Origin: an uncultured Pelagibacteraceae bacterium
GTDB taxonomy: Bacteria > Pseudomonadota > Alphaproteobacteria > Pelagibacterales > Pelagibacteraceae
DNA length: 64,000 nt
Direction of reading: 5' to 3'
NCBI GenBank assembly: GCA_902613545.1
Contig: CACMHW010000005.1
Location: 1,685-65,684 of the forward strand
Shown here piece after piece: positions 49,822 through 61,239 of the stretch. The position numbers were made by a program, and so were the translations under genes. The notes under the pieces were generated by a model, which did no database searches, was not told the DNA's origin, and saw only the letters and a list, made by a program, of their open reading frames with translations. Each line of letters begins with the position of its first letter. Position 1 is the first letter of the stretch.

Positions 49822-52701
49822 ATGTTGAAAAAAATCGTTGTAAAAGGCGCTAAAGAACACAACTTAAAAAATGTTTCTCTTGAAATACCAAAAGAGAAAT
49901 TAGTTGTTATAACTGGCTTATCTGGTTCAGGAAAATCGTCTCTTGCTTTTGATACAATTTATGCTGAAGGTCAAAGAAGATACGTAGAAAGTCTATCATC
50001 TTACGCTAGACAATTTTTAGATAAAATGAAAAAACCCAATGTGGATTTCATTGAGGGTCTTAGTCCAGCAATTTCAATAGAACAAAAAAATACTTCTAAA
50101 AATCCAAGATCAACTGTTGCAACCGTAACAGAAATTTATGATTATATGCGAGTTCTCTTTGCCAGGGTGGGTATTCCCTACTCTCCTTTCACAGGAAAGC
50201 CAATAAGATCTCAGCCAATTAGCGAAATGGTCGATAAAATTAAAAAACTTCCAAAAAATAACACTATTTATCTTCTTTCTCCAATAGTTAGAGGAAGAAA
50301 AGGAGAGTATAAAAAAGAAATATTAAATTATAAAAAAAGAGGTTTTTCAAAAATAAAAGTTGATGGTAAATATCTCAATATTGATGAATTCCCAAATCTT
50401 AATAAAAAGATTAAACATGATATTTCAATTATAGTTGATAGAATTATATTAAATTCAAATTTAGGAAATAGGTTAGCAGATAGTGTGGAAACTGCGGTAA
50501 ATTTATCAGATGGTTTATTAATTGTAGAATATGAAAATGAAACACTACCTAAAAAGTTTAGAAAAAGAGAGTCTATAACATTTTCTTCAAAATTTTCCTG
50601 CCCAGAGAGTGGTTTTACTATTGAAGAAATTGAACCAAGGTTATTTTCATTCAATTCACCTTATGGAGCCTGTGAAGAATGTGAGGGTATTGGTCATAAT
50701 TTAAATGTAGATCCAAATTTGGTTATTTCAGATCAAAAAAAGAGTCTTCAAGACGGAGCTATTGAACCGTGGGCTAAGTCCACTTCATTATATTATGCAC
50801 AAACTTTGGCTTCTATTGCTAAACATTATAAAATATCTTTATCAGATCCTTGGAGAAAAATTCCAAAGAAAATTCAAGATATAATTCTTTACGGTTCAGA
50901 CGAAGAGGAAATTAAATTCTCTTACGATGATGGATATGATTCATACACAACAAAAAAACCATTTGAAGGAGTAATAAATAATTTGGAGAGAAGATACCTT
51001 GAAACTGACAGTGAATGGAAAAGAGAGGAAATTTCACAATATCAAAGTGAAACCGATTGCGAAAAATGTAAAGGGATGAGATTAAAAGATGAAGCTCTAT
51101 GCGTAAAAATAAACAATTTAAATATTAGTGAAGTAACTGAAAAATCGATTGATTTAGCTCAAAAATGGTTTGCTAACTTAGAAAATTTCTTTAATGAAAA
51201 AGAAAATAAAATAGCTCAACACATTTTGAAAGAAATAAATGAAAGACTGAATTTTTTATTAAATGTTGGATTAAATTATTTAACGCTATCTAGAGAATCT
51301 GGAACCTTATCTGGTGGAGAAGCTCAAAGAATAAGATTGGCTTCTCAAATAGGGTCTGGTTTGACGGGCGTACTCTATGTTTTAGACGAACCATCTATTG
51401 GATTACATCAAAGAGATAATAAAAAATTAATTACAGCTTTAAAAAAATTAAGAGACTTAGGTAATACTGTAATTGTTGTCGAGCATGATATAGAAACAAT
51501 GGAAAGCTCAGATCATATTATTGATATTGGTCCTGAAGCAGGATTAAAAGGTGGTCAGATTGTTGCTGAAGGAGAAGTTGAAGAAATTATAAAAAATGAA
51601 AAAAGTATAACAGCTGATTACTTATCAGGTAAAAAATTTATACCAATTCCAAAAAAAAGAAGATCTGCAAAAAATGGAAGGTTTATTGAAATTAATGGAG
51701 CGAGTGGAAATAATTTAAAAAAAGTAAATTTAAAAATACCAGTTGGGACTTTTACTTGCGTAACTGGTGTTTCTGGGAGTGGAAAATCTACTCTCATATT
51801 ACATACTCTTTACAACGCTTTTAATTTAATGTTGAACAAAAATAAAAGTAGAAAAGTTCCAAAAGCGTTTACTGGCTTTAGAGGAACTGAGTTAATTGAT
51901 AAGATAATTGATATTGATCAGTCTCCAATAGGTAGAACGCCAAGATCTAATCCTGCCACGTATACTGGAGCATTTGGTCCAATTAGAGAGTGGTTTGCTG
52001 GTTTACCTGAGTCGAAAGCAAGAGGATACAAAGTAGGCAGATATTCATTTAATGTTAAAGGCGGTAGATGTGAAACCTGTGAAGGAGATGGTGTTTTAAC
52101 CTATGAAATGCATTTTTTACCTGATGTGTTTATCCCTTGCGATACATGCAAAGGAGCAAGATATAATCGAGAGACCTTAGAAATCAGATTTAAAGGTAAA
52201 AATATTGCAGATGTTTTAGATATGACCGTTGACGAAGGATGTGAATTTTTTGAGAACATACAGAGTATAAAATCAAAATTAATTACACTTAAACATGTTG
52301 GACTTGGCTATATGAAAATTGGTCAACAAGCCACCACATTATCGGGAGGAGAAGCTCAAAGAATTAAATTAGCTAAAGAATTATCAAAAAGACCAACTGG
52401 TAGAACACTTTATATTTTAGATGAGCCTACTACCGGATTACATTCCCATGATATAAAAAAACTTCTGGAAATTTTACAAGCATTTGCAAATACCGGAAAT
52501 ACTGTAGTAGTAATTGAACATAATTTAGATGTCATAAAAACAGCAGATCATATAATAGACATGGGTCCTGAAGGAGGTATTAACGGTGGAAGAATTATAG
52601 CCGAAGGAACGCCTGAAAAAGTTTCTGCTATAAAAGAGAGTTATACAGGTAAATTTATTAGAGATATTATAGGGAATAACTCAATGAAAAGAACTGCATA
52701 A
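49822..52701 (+). CDS. uvrA: Excinuclease ABC subunit A
   Basis: Two ABC ATPase modules ([18 protein letters not shown], two LSGGEAQR), [11 protein letters not shown]. Confidence 0.98.
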   Translation: MLKKIVVKGAKEHNLKNVSLEIPKEKLVVITGLSGSGKSSLAFDTIYAEGQRRYVESLSSYARQFLDKMKKPNVDFIEGLSPAISIEQKNTSKNPRSTVATVTEIYDYMRVLFARVGIPYSPFTGKPIRSQPISEMVDKIKKLPKNNTIYLLSPIVRGRKGEYKKEILNYKKRGFSKIKVDGKYLNIDEFPNLNKKIKHDISIIVDRIILNSNLGNRLADSVETAVNLSDGLLIVEYENETLPKKFRKRESITFSSKFSCPESGFTIEEIEPRLFSFNSPYGACEECEGIGHNLNVDPNLVISDQKKSLQDGAIEPWAKSTSLYYAQTLASIAKHYKISLSDPWRKIPKKIQDIILYGSDEEEIKFSYDDGYDSYTTKKPFEGVINNLERRYLETDSEWKREEISQYQSETDCEKCKGMRLKDEALCVKINNLNISEVTEKSIDLAQKWFANLENFFNEKENKIAQHILKEINERLNFLLNVGLNYLTLSRESGTLSGGEAQRIRLASQIGSGLTGVLYVLDEPSIGLHQRDNKKLITALKKLRDLGNTVIVVEHDIETMESSDHIIDIGPEAGLKGGQIVAEGEVEEIIKNEKSITADYLSGKKFIPIPKKRRSAKNGRFIEINGASGNNLKKVNLKIPVGTFTCVTGVSGSGKSTLILHTLYNAFNLMLNKNKSRKVPKAFTGFRGTELIDKIIDIDQSPIGRTPRSNPATYTGAFGPIREWFAGLPESKARGYKVGRYSFNVKGGRCETCEGDGVLTYEMHFLPDVFIPCDTCKGARYNRETLEIRFKGKNIADVLDMTVDEGCEFFENIQSIKSKLITLKHVGLGYMKIGQQATTLSGGEAQRIKLAKELSKRPTGRTLYILDEPTTGLHSHDIKKLLEILQAFANTGNTVVVIEHNLDVIKTADHIIDMGPEGGINGGRIIAEGTPEKVSAIKESYTGKFIRDIIGNNSMKRTA

Positions 52702-52727
52702 AAATAGAAATTATGTTATATTGAATC

Positions 52728-53330
52728 ATGACTAGTATCTTGCAATCATTATCAAAAACAGTTCATCTATCGTTAGGAATAGCAATATTGCTATTAATTG
52801 GAATGCACTTTTTTGGAGATGGTTTTGCATTTGATAGATACTTTTTCAGTTGGTTATTTAGATATATTCATGTGTTAACTGGAATAATGTGGATAGGTTT
52901 ATTGTGGTACTTTAACTTTGTTCAAATTCCTTCAATGCCAAACATTCCAGACGAACAAAAACCTGCAATTGGAAAAGTAATAGCTCCGAAAGCATTATTT
53001 TGGTTTAGATGGGCAGCATTAGGTACGATTATTTCTGGATTGATAGTTGCTTATCTTCAAGGATATGTACATCAAGCTATGATACTAGGAATAGGAAGCG
53101 GAGATCCTAAATCTACCGCAATTGGAATTGGGATGTGGCTTGGTATTATTATGGCTTACAATGTCTGGTTTGTAATTTGGCCTAATCAAAAAAAAGCTTT
53201 AGGTATAATTGAATGCTCGCCTGAAGAAAAAGCTAATTCTGCTAAGACCGCAATGCTATTTTCTAGAGCAAATACTTTATTATCTTTTCCAATGCTACTT
53301 TCAATGGTGGCTGCCCAAAATCTATATTAG
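52728..53330 (+). CDS. Urate hydroxylase PuuD-like membrane protein
   Basis: RYIHVLTGIMWIGLLWYFNFVQ, ALFWFRWAA, NVWFVIWPNQK. Confidence 0.75.
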   Translation: MTSILQSLSKTVHLSLGIAILLLIGMHFFGDGFAFDRYFFSWLFRYIHVLTGIMWIGLLWYFNFVQIPSMPNIPDEQKPAIGKVIAPKALFWFRWAALGTIISGLIVAYLQGYVHQAMILGIGSGDPKSTAIGIGMWLGIIMAYNVWFVIWPNQKKALGIIECSPEEKANSAKTAMLFSRANTLLSFPMLLSMVAAQNLY

Positions 53331-53331
53331 T

Positions 53332-54237
53332 CTAAGGAACTATTTTTTCTTCCTCTTTTTCTAATGTTTTATAACTTACTTTAAAAAACTTTAATATTGG
53401 TGAAGCAACAAAAATCGAGGAATAAGTCCCAATTATTACACCTAATATCATCGCAAAAGAAAACCCCCTTAAAATTTCACCTCCCAAAGTGTAAATTGAA
53501 ACTAAAGCTAATAGAGTGGTTACTGAAGTAATAATTGTTCTCGCAAGTGTTTCGTTAATTGATAAATTAGCAATATCACTAATACTTATTTTTGTGTATT
53601 TAAATAAATTTTCTCGTATACGATCGTAAATAACGACTGTATCGTTCATTGAATAACCGACTATTGTTAGAACTGCAGCAATTATTGACAAATTTATTTC
53701 CAGTGATAGCAATGAAAAAATTCCCAATGTAATAACGACGTCATGGAACAGAGCAATAATTGAACCGACACTGAATTGCCATTCAAATCTTATCCAAATA
53801 TAAAAAAGCATAGCGGCCAAAGCGAGTGAAATTGCAATAATTGAAGACTCTAATAATTCAGCACTTACTTTTGGACCAACATTTTCAACTCTTCTAAAAT
53901 CAATTTCAGCATTTAAATTGTCTGTTAATTTCTTTTTAATTTCTGGGATCAATTTATTATTATTAGACTCTTTTTGTTCAACTTTAATTAAGTAATCTCC
54001 ATCTTTTCCAAATTTCTTTACATTTACATCTCCTAAATTCATTGAACTTAATGTATCCCTTATAGATGAAGCTTTTATTGATTTTTCAGTCCTCAGTTCA
54101 ATTAAAGTTCCTCCTTTAAAATCAATTCCATAATTTAACCCTTTAAAAAAAACCAATAGTATACTCAGAGTAAATAATACTATTGATATAATATTTGCTT
54201 TTTTAAATTGTGATACAAAATTTATATTTTTCATCAT
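53332..54237 (-). CDS. secF: Protein translocase subunit SecF
   Basis: GIDFKGG, VGPKV, GYSMNDTVVIYDRIRE. Confidence 0.96.
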   Translation of the reverse strand: MMKNINFVSQFKKANIISIVLFTLSILLVFFKGLNYGIDFKGGTLIELRTEKSIKASSIRDTLSSMNLGDVNVKKFGKDGDYLIKVEQKESNNNKLIPEIKKKLTDNLNAEIDFRRVENVGPKVSAELLESSIIAISLALAAMLFYIWIRFEWQFSVGSIIALFHDVVITLGIFSLLSLEINLSIIAAVLTIVGYSMNDTVVIYDRIRENLFKYTKISISDIANLSINETLARTIITSVTTLLALVSIYTLGGEILRGFSFAMILGVIIGTYSSIFVASPILKFFKVSYKTLEKEEEKIVP

Positions 54238-55781
54238 TATATTTTTATTTCTTTATTATTTTTTCTTAAAACTATTAAAGATGTGAGATGTCTGGCTAAA
54301 AAGTAAGCAGAAAATAATGTTGTCAATATCCCAATACCTAAAGTAATAGCAAAACCTTTCACTGGTCCGGATCCAAAAGCAAACAATATAATTGCTGCGA
54401 TTAATGTTGTTATATTTGCATCTAAGACTGTAATTTTTGCTTTTGAATATCCAGAGTCAAATGCATGAATAATTGATTTTTCTGTTTTGAGTTCTTCCTT
54501 TATTCGCTCGAAAATTAATACATTTGCATCCACTGCCATACCTACGGTTAAAATAATCCCTGCAATTCCTGGTAAAGTTAATGTAGCCTCTAGTATGGTG
54601 AGGACGCCCACTAACATAATCAAATTTGCAATCAAAGCAATATTTGCAACTATTCCGAATAATTTATATTTATAAAGCATAAACAAAATAACTAAGACAA
54701 AACCTACAATTAAAGATATTACACCTGATTTAATTGAGTCCTCTCCTAAATCAGGGCCAACGGTTCTTTCCTCAACAACTTCTAAAGGGGTTGGTAACGC
54801 ACCTGATCTCAATAGCAGAGCTAGATCTGTTGCTTCTTGGAATGTAAAATTACCCGATATCATCCCATTGCCTGAAGTAATTGGTTCATTAATATTAGGT
54901 GCACTTATAATTTTACCATCTAGAACAATAGCTAATCTTCTACCAACATTATCAGTTGTTGCTCTTCCAAATTTTTGAGATCCAAGTCTATCTAAAGTAA
55001 AAGACACTGTAGGTTCATTTTGTTGATTTTGAATGCTAGGTTGAGCATCAATTAAATTTTCACCGCTCATTACAATTCTTTTACTCACTTTTAATTTTTC
55101 TCCGATTTCTGAAATTAGTTCATCGACTCCAAATTCTGAATTTTCACTTACTAATCTAAAATTTAATTGTGCAGTCTTTCCCAAAAGTTTTTTTATTCTT
55201 TCTGGATCTTTAAGGCCAGGCAATTCTACTAAAATTCTTTTTTCACCTCTTTGTAAAATAGTTGGTTCTTTAGTACCAACATCATCAATTCTTCGTCTAA
55301 CAATTTCAATCGACTGTTTTAGAGCAGAATTATTTATAGTAAGTAAGCCAAATTTAGAGAAGTTAATCTCTATATAATTATCTTCTGTTTTTTTATAATC
55401 TAATTCAAAAGCTCTATAATTATCAATATATGGATTAACAACGTTGTCTTTTTTTGAATAAAAAAGTAATTCGAATTTTTCAATATCGTTAATTTTAAAA
55501 ATCAGATTTTTGCTACTTATTTTAAAATCAGAATAATTTAGATTATTATCTTTTAATAGTTTTTTCAGAGGAATAACTTTTGATTGAATCTTTTCCTCTA
55601 CTAATGAGTCAGAGTTTATCTCTAATAGTAAATATGAACCACCCTGCAAATCTAAACCGAGATTAATTTTTTTATCTAAGATAATATGTTGGTTAGTCTG
55701 GAGATTTAATAAAGAAAAAATTGAAATAAATAAAAAAATTAGATAAATAAAAATAATATTTATTTTAGAAAAATTTAGCAC
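54237..55781 (-). CDS. secD: Protein translocase subunit SecD
   Basis: LGLDLQGG, LLLRSGALP, GMAVDANVLIFERIKEE. Confidence 0.96.
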   Translation of the reverse strand: MLNFSKINIIFIYLIFLFISIFSLLNLQTNQHIILDKKINLGLDLQGGSYLLLEINSDSLVEEKIQSKVIPLKKLLKDNNLNYSDFKISSKNLIFKINDIEKFELLFYSKKDNVVNPYIDNYRAFELDYKKTEDNYIEINFSKFGLLTINNSALKQSIEIVRRRIDDVGTKEPTILQRGEKRILVELPGLKDPERIKKLLGKTAQLNFRLVSENSEFGVDELISEIGEKLKVSKRIVMSGENLIDAQPSIQNQQNEPTVSFTLDRLGSQKFGRATTDNVGRRLAIVLDGKIISAPNINEPITSGNGMISGNFTFQEATDLALLLRSGALPTPLEVVEERTVGPDLGEDSIKSGVISLIVGFVLVILFMLYKYKLFGIVANIALIANLIMLVGVLTILEATLTLPGIAGIILTVGMAVDANVLIFERIKEELKTEKSIIHAFDSGYSKAKITVLDANITTLIAAIILFAFGSGPVKGFAITLGIGILTTLFSAYFLARHLTSLIVLRKNNKEIKI

Positions 55782-55790
55782 GAAAAGTAA

Positions 55791-56075
55791 TTATTTTTTT
55801 ACTTCTTCTTTTTTAAGTAGGCTAGTTATTGTAGATCTAATAATTTGTACTTTTGTACCCTCTCCAATTATAACTTCAATTCGATCATCCTCCATAACAC
55901 GTTCTACTACACCTATTATTCCTCCAGACGTAATTACTTCATCGCCCCGCTTTAAGGACTCTACCATAACCTTGTGATCTTTAACTCTCTTTTGTTGAGG
56001 TCTAATTAAGAAAAAGTAAAAAATTACAAATATTAAAATTAAAGGTATAAACTGTGCTATTCCTTGTCCGCTCAT
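55791..56075 (-). CDS. yajC: Preprotein translocase subunit YajC
   Basis: FYFFLIRPQQKR, GDEVITSGGIIG; ATG at 56075 taken as start. Confidence 0.95.
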   Translation of the reverse strand: MSGQGIAQFIPLILIFVIFYFFLIRPQQKRVKDHKVMVESLKRGDEVITSGGIIGVVERVMEDDRIEVIIGEGTKVQIIRSTITSLLKKEEVKK

Positions 56076-56122
56076 GAAAAACAATTATAATATATGAATT
56101 AGATAAACAAGTTAAATTTTTA

Positions 56123-57370
56123 TCAAATTTTATCTAAATTATTCATATATTTTTTTAAAGTTTTTGGAATTACTACTGAACCATCTTCGTTTTGATTGTT
56201 TTCCAATAAAGCTATAATTAATCTTCCTACAGCGAGTCCTGATCCATTCAAAGTTGTGACAAATTCATTATTATTTGATCCTTTAAATTTTGCTCCCATT
56301 CTCCTAGCTTGAAATGTACCACATGAAGAACAGCTAGAAATTTCTCTATATCTATTTTCTGACGGTATCCATGCTTCTAAATCAAAAGTTTTCTCAGAAC
56401 TGAATCCCATATCTCCTGTTGATAGTAAAATGACTTGATAAGGTATTTCTAATTTTTCTAAAATCGTTTTTGCACAATTTAACATCCTGTCAAGTTCAGA
56501 AGTAGAATCTTTAGGTTCCACTATACTTACTAATTCAACTTTGTAAAATTGGTGCTGTCTAATCATCCCCTTTGTATCTTTTCCATAACTACCTGCCTCT
56601 TTACGAAAACAAGGTGTAGAAGCTACAAATCTTAAAGGTAATTGTTCTTTATTTAAAATCGATTTTCTGACTAAGTTAGTTAAAACGACCTCCGCTGTAG
56701 GTATTAAATATTTTCGTTGTTCAGAATTTTCAAATTTAATTTCAAATTGATCTTCTTCAAATTTAGGTAATTGCCCTGTGCCGAACATTACATCTTCGTT
56801 AACTATTAATGGGGGAGAAATTTCAGTATATTTAAACTCAGTTGTATGAATATCTAACATGAAATTAATTAAAGCTCTTTCAAGTAAAGCTACTTTGTCT
56901 TTTAAAACAACAAATCTAGCGCCTGATAATTTAGTGGAAGTATCAAAATCTATTGCATTATCATTTAAACCTATTTCAACGTGTGACTTGGGTTTAAAAG
57001 AAAATTTTCTAATATTTCCATTTTGACTAATCAATTTATTAGAATTTTCATCTTTTCCAACTGGAACGTCATCTAAAGCTAAATTTGGCATTATATTTAA
57101 GATATTGTCTATATTTTTTTGGGAAATTGATTGATTTTTAGAAATCTTAGATATTTCTTCAGAAATTTTTTTTGACTTTTCAAAGTTTGATTTATCTTTA
57201 GACTTGGATAAAATTTTTTTCTCTTGTTCTAATTTTTCTTTCTCGTTTATTAATTTCCTATTGATATTATCTAGTTTTTCAAATTCATTTGTATCTAATT
57301 CAAAATTTCTATCGGATAATTTTTTTTTATATAGTTTTAAATTTTTTCTAAGGTCTTTTATATTATGCAT
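56123..57370 (-). CDS. serS: Serine--tRNA ligase
   Basis: GTGQLPKF, LIPTAEV, FRKEAGS, REISSCS, LNGSGLAVGR. Confidence 0.97.
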   Translation of the reverse strand: MHNIKDLRKNLKLYKKKLSDRNFELDTNEFEKLDNINRKLINEKEKLEQEKKILSKSKDKSNFEKSKKISEEISKISKNQSISQKNIDNILNIMPNLALDDVPVGKDENSNKLISQNGNIRKFSFKPKSHVEIGLNDNAIDFDTSTKLSGARFVVLKDKVALLERALINFMLDIHTTEFKYTEISPPLIVNEDVMFGTGQLPKFEEDQFEIKFENSEQRKYLIPTAEVVLTNLVRKSILNKEQLPLRFVASTPCFRKEAGSYGKDTKGMIRQHQFYKVELVSIVEPKDSTSELDRMLNCAKTILEKLEIPYQVILLSTGDMGFSSEKTFDLEAWIPSENRYREISSCSSCGTFQARRMGAKFKGSNNNEFVTTLNGSGLAVGRLIIALLENNQNEDGSVVIPKTLKKYMNNLDKI

Positions 57371-58130
57371 TGTCTAGATTTTCTTTTTCTTTTTTTCTCT
57401 CAATAAATTTCACTGTAAATATAGATAATTCATAAAGTAATAATAAAGGTATTGCTAGTCCAACCTGAGTTATTGGGTCAGGTGGGGTTAAAATTGCTGC
57501 TAAAGCAAAGATAATAACTATTACATATCTCCTTCTTTTTTTCAAATAATCGGAATTGACTACTCCTATTCTAGCTAATAAGTTTAAAAGTATTGGAAGT
57601 TGAAAACTAATTCCAAATGCAAAAATCAATCTCATTATAAGTGAAAGGTATTCATTAACTTTTGCTTCAAGTTGAATAGGTAAACTTTTGTTGGTTCCTA
57701 AAGTTTCAAATGATAAAAAAAATTTTATAGCTAAAGGCATTATTAAATAATAAACCAACAACGCGCCAAACAAGAATAGTATAGGCGTAGAAATTAAATA
57801 AGGTAATAATGCTTTTTTTTCATTTTTATATAATCCTGGCGCAATAAATTTATATATTTGTATTAACAAAACCGGACTTCCTAAAAAAATAGAGGAAAAA
57901 AAAGCGAGCTTTATATAGGTAATAAATGTTTCGTGTAAAGCGGTAAAAATTAGTCTTCTAGTACCTGGATCATCCTTCACAGCTTCAGCATATGGATGTA
58001 CCAAAAAATTATAAATATATTCTGCAAATATATAAGAAATTACAAATACTATAAAAATGAAAATTAAAGAGTTTAAAAGTCTGGAACGTAGCTCGATTAA
58101 ATGACTTGTAAAAGAATTACTATCAGCCAT
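57363..58130 (-). CDS. tatC: Twin-arginine translocase TatC
   Basis: HLIELRSRL, FIAPGLY, FQLP, TPPD. Confidence 0.96.
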   Translation of the reverse strand: MADSNSFTSHLIELRSRLLNSLIFIFIVFVISYIFAEYIYNFLVHPYAEAVKDDPGTRRLIFTALHETFITYIKLAFFSSIFLGSPVLLIQIYKFIAPGLYKNEKKALLPYLISTPILFLFGALLVYYLIMPLAIKFFLSFETLGTNKSLPIQLEAKVNEYLSLIMRLIFAFGISFQLPILLNLLARIGVVNSDYLKKRRRYVIVIIFALAAILTPPDPITQVGLAIPLLLLYELSIFTVKFIERKKEKENLDNA

Positions 58131-58359
58131 TTTTATCTATATCTTTTTTATTATTATTGTCTTTTAACTCAGAATCATTTTCTAAATCAATTTCTTGGGT
58201 AGCAGAGGAAATTTCTCTTTGAAAATTGCTAAATGTATTCTTTAATTTTCCTATATAAGAGCCAATTTTTTTTAATGCTATAGGAAATTCTTTAGGACCT
58301 AAAACTAATATTGCAATTACTACAATTGATAAGATCTCTAACCATCCAATTTGAGGCAT
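58123..58359 (-). CDS. tatB: Twin-arginine translocase TatB
   Basis: IGWLE...LVLGPKEFP; tatABC synteny. Confidence 0.92.
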   Translation of the reverse strand: MPQIGWLEILSIVVIAILVLGPKEFPIALKKIGSYIGKLKNTFSNFQREISSATQEIDLENDSELKDNNNKKDIDKNG

Positions 58360-58364
58360 TTTGA

Positions 58365-58562
58365 TTATTTATTTTCAGAGTCAGAATTTTCTGACTTAGT
58401 ATTATCATCTTGATTGTTTGTGGAGCTATCATCAGACATGCCTTTTTTAAAACTTTTAATTCCTTTGGCTACGTCACCCATCAAACTTGAAATTTTACCT
58501 CTTCCAAAAAGTAAAACTACAAGAACAACTACTATTGCTATTTGCCAGAAACTTATTCCCAT
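58365..58562 (-). CDS. tatA: Twin-arginine translocase TatA
   Basis: LLFGRGKI...GIKSFKKG. Confidence 0.95.
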   Translation of the reverse strand: MGISFWQIAIVVVLVVLLFGRGKISSLMGDVAKGIKSFKKGMSDDSSTNNQDDNTKSENSDSENK

Positions 58563-58602
58563 ATTTTAAATATATACAATAAAAAGAGTTAAATAAATAT
58601 AT

Positions 58603-59289
58603 TTATTTTTCCTCTTCAGGAGCTTTTTTAATAGCTTCTTCTATATCTTCATAAATATTCTGCTTTTCAGTTATAGATTGTTCTTTAAAGAATTTTCCAG
58701 TTCCAAAAATAGACTTGTCTATTGAAGATGTATCGATTAAACCAGCTGACCCCAGTTCATCTATAGTAGGTAAATCAGACAATTTTTGTATATTGAAATG
58801 ATTTAAAAAGTTTTCAGTAGTTGAATATTGTATTGGCTTACCTGGAACATCTTTACGACCAGCAGGTCTAACCCAATCTAATTCTAATAAAATTTCAAGA
58901 GTATTAGATGCAAAGGAAACACCTCTAATCTCCTCAATCTCTGATCTTGTCACAGGTTGATGGTAAACTATTATTGCTAGGGTTTCTATAGTGGCTTTTG
59001 ATAATTTTTTTTGTGTAGATTTTTGTAAAGCCATAAGTTTGGATAAATCTTCAGCTGTTCTGAATGACCATTTATTTTTTATACATACTAAATTAATACC
59101 TCTTTTTTCGTATATTTTTTTTAGATTTTCTAATATTTTTTTTAGATCAGTTGAAGTTTGAATTCTTTTTTCGATGGTCTCAACATCAAGTGGCTCAGAT
59201 GCAGCAAAAAGTATAGCTTCTACTTGCCTTTCAATTTTTGAAGGTGAGGCTGGAAAATTTATAATATTATTTTTTTTTTTATTTTTCAT
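58603..59289 (-). CDS. scpB: SMC-Scp complex subunit ScpB
   Basis: EAILFA, LSKATIETLAIIVYHQPVTR, EIRGV. Confidence 0.95.
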   Translation of the reverse strand: MKNKKKNNIINFPASPSKIERQVEAILFAASEPLDVETIEKRIQTSTDLKKILENLKKIYEKRGINLVCIKNKWSFRTAEDLSKLMALQKSTQKKLSKATIETLAIIVYHQPVTRSEIEEIRGVSFASNTLEILLELDWVRPAGRKDVPGKPIQYSTTENFLNHFNIQKLSDLPTIDELGSAGLIDTSSIDKSIFGTGKFFKEQSITEKQNIYEDIEEAIKKAPEEEK

Positions 59290-60023
59290 TTATTTTTTCT
59301 AATCATTAATTTATCAAAACTTTTATTTTGGGAAATTGAAATAATTCCCTCTCTAGTTAATTCTAAACTTGCAGCAAAAATTCCAGCTATACCAGTTCTC
59401 TCCATATTTTTACTTAGATAAAATTGCGGTATCAGTTTCATTAAATTTTTCCAATCTATTATTTTATCAAGGTTATTTCTTATTTGTTTAATCCCTTCCT
59501 CTGTTGTAAATACTGGTAATTTCGGGATACTAATATTTTGAAAGGTTTTTTGCATTTGGATACTCGAGTAAGTTTTAAGTAATTCATACAAGGTTACGTC
59601 ATAAATCGGTGTGTTGATGGAACGTATACCTCCCTTCATCCCTCTGGTAAAAATATGTACACCCAATCTTTTTTTTTTTAACATTTGATCAGATAGAATT
59701 CTTATTAATTCTAATTTTTTTAATTGTAATTTTAATTTTTCTGCTACTTCTAAAGCTTTAAAATCATCGGTATCATCTTCTGGAAGTAATAATTTTGATT
59801 TTAGGTAAGCCAACCAAGTGGCCATCAGTAAAAATTCTGAGGCTGTTTCTAAATTTAATTCTTTTTGACTCTTAATAAAATTTAAAAATTGATCAGCTAA
59901 TTTAGTAATTGATATTTCAGATAAATCTACCTTTTGGGTTTTAGCTAAATCTAATAAAATTTCTAAAGGTCCATTATAATTTGGTATATCAATAGATATG
60001 TTATTTAAGTTTTTTGATTCCAT
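59286..60023 (-). CDS. scpA: SMC-Scp complex subunit ScpA
   Basis: YNGPLEILL, FLLMATWLAYLKSKLLLP, FAASLEL. Confidence 0.95.
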   Translation of the reverse strand: MESKNLNNISIDIPNYNGPLEILLDLAKTQKVDLSEISITKLADQFLNFIKSQKELNLETASEFLLMATWLAYLKSKLLLPEDDTDDFKALEVAEKLKLQLKKLELIRILSDQMLKKKRLGVHIFTRGMKGGIRSINTPIYDVTLYELLKTYSSIQMQKTFQNISIPKLPVFTTEEGIKQIRNNLDKIIDWKNLMKLIPQFYLSKNMERTGIAGIFAASLELTREGIISISQNKSFDKLMIRKNK

Positions 60024-60035
60024 AACTATTTAATT

Positions 60036-60980
60036 TTACCCTAAAAATTTATAAAGTTCTGATGTTTTTTTTGAGGTAAATTTATCAATATATGGCAATG
60101 ATTTTATCAATTTAAAGTTATCTTTTGTATTTCCGGCACAATAAAGGACAAGATTGCAACCTGCATTTAGTGATTTTTTTGCATTAGTTAATAAATCATA
60201 TTTTAAAGCTTTCATTGAAATATCATCTGAAATCAAAATTCCTTTAAATTTTAATTTTTTTCTAATTACATTGGAAATAATCTTTTTTGAAAAAGTTGCT
60301 ACATTTTTTTTATCAATTTCGGAATAAAGAATATGAGCAGTCATTGCTAATTTAGCCTTCGATGATTTGAACGGAAAAAAGTCAATTTCATTCAATTTTT
60401 TTGTACTTAATGAAACAACTGGCTTTTTTTTATGACTATCAGTTTTGGTAGCTCCGTGTCCTGGTATGTGTTTTATAATTGAACTTATTTTGTTTTTTTG
60501 TAAATACTTAACTGATTTAATACCAAGTTCTCTAACAATATGTTTATCTTGTGAAAAACTTCGTTCTCCAATAATTTTTGAGCTATTTGATCTCAATACA
60601 TCAAGCACTGGAATAGAGTTAATATTTATTCCTATATTTTTTAAAATTTTACTTAATGACTCGATATAATGTTTGTATAAATAAAGACTAAATCTTTTAT
60701 TACTTTTATATAATTTACCAAAAAAATTTGCAGAAATATCATGTGTAAAAATCCTATTTAATCTTGTTACATTTTTTCCTTCCTCATCTATTATTATAGG
60801 GAATTTTCGATTCTTTGTATAAAGTTTTATATTAGTCGTTAGTTTTTTTAATTGATCTAAGGATTTAATATTTCTTTTAAATAATATAATGCCCCATGGT
60901 TTTTCTTTTGCTAGGAGTATCTTTTCAAGTTTTGTTAGACGGGTTCCATTGATGCTAACAATTAAAGCTTTAATTTTCAT
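60036..60980 (-). CDS. nagZ: Beta-N-acetylhexosaminidase (GH3)
   Basis: GIILFKRN, IDEEG, KHIPGHG...DSH, SDDISM; ATG at 60980 (MKIKALIV) taken as start. Confidence 0.92.
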   Translation of the reverse strand: MKIKALIVSINGTRLTKLEKILLAKEKPWGIILFKRNIKSLDQLKKLTTNIKLYTKNRKFPIIIDEEGKNVTRLNRIFTHDISANFFGKLYKSNKRFSLYLYKHYIESLSKILKNIGININSIPVLDVLRSNSSKIIGERSFSQDKHIVRELGIKSVKYLQKNKISSIIKHIPGHGATKTDSHKKKPVVSLSTKKLNEIDFFPFKSSKAKLAMTAHILYSEIDKKNVATFSKKIISNVIRKKLKFKGILISDDISMKALKYDLLTNAKKSLNAGCNLVLYCAGNTKDNFKLIKSLPYIDKFTSKKTSELYKFLG

Positions 60981-61239
60981 CTTTTTTAAACAAATCCCAG
61001 AAGTTTCTTTTCTTATTATTGTTAATTTCTTCATCAAAGGAGTCATTAAACTCGACCACATTATAAGTATCATTCTCAAGAATTGGTAAGTTATTTATTT
61101 TTTTATTAATTATTTGGTCAAAGTTTAAGCGATTATAATTTTTGTTACTTAAATTTTTATTTGAGGAATAATATTTAAAAATAAAGAAGATAAAAATGCA
61201 GATTAACAATATCATAAAAAAGTTTAAAACTTTATACAT
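60970..61239 (-). CDS. Small single-TM hypothetical protein in the ftsN-like locus position
   Basis: N-terminal TM helix; tightly coupled between argS and nagZ. Confidence 0.65.
   Translation of the reverse strand: MYKVLNFFMILLICIFIFFIFKYYSSNKNLSNKNYNRLNFDQIINKKINNLPILENDTYNVVEFNDSFDEEINNNKKRNFWDLFKKDEN

Noticed and set aside
60981-61079. Long N-terminal extension of nagZ from the ORF track
   Set aside because: Overlaps the upstream 89-aa gene in another frame; GH3-like sequence begins at ATG 60980
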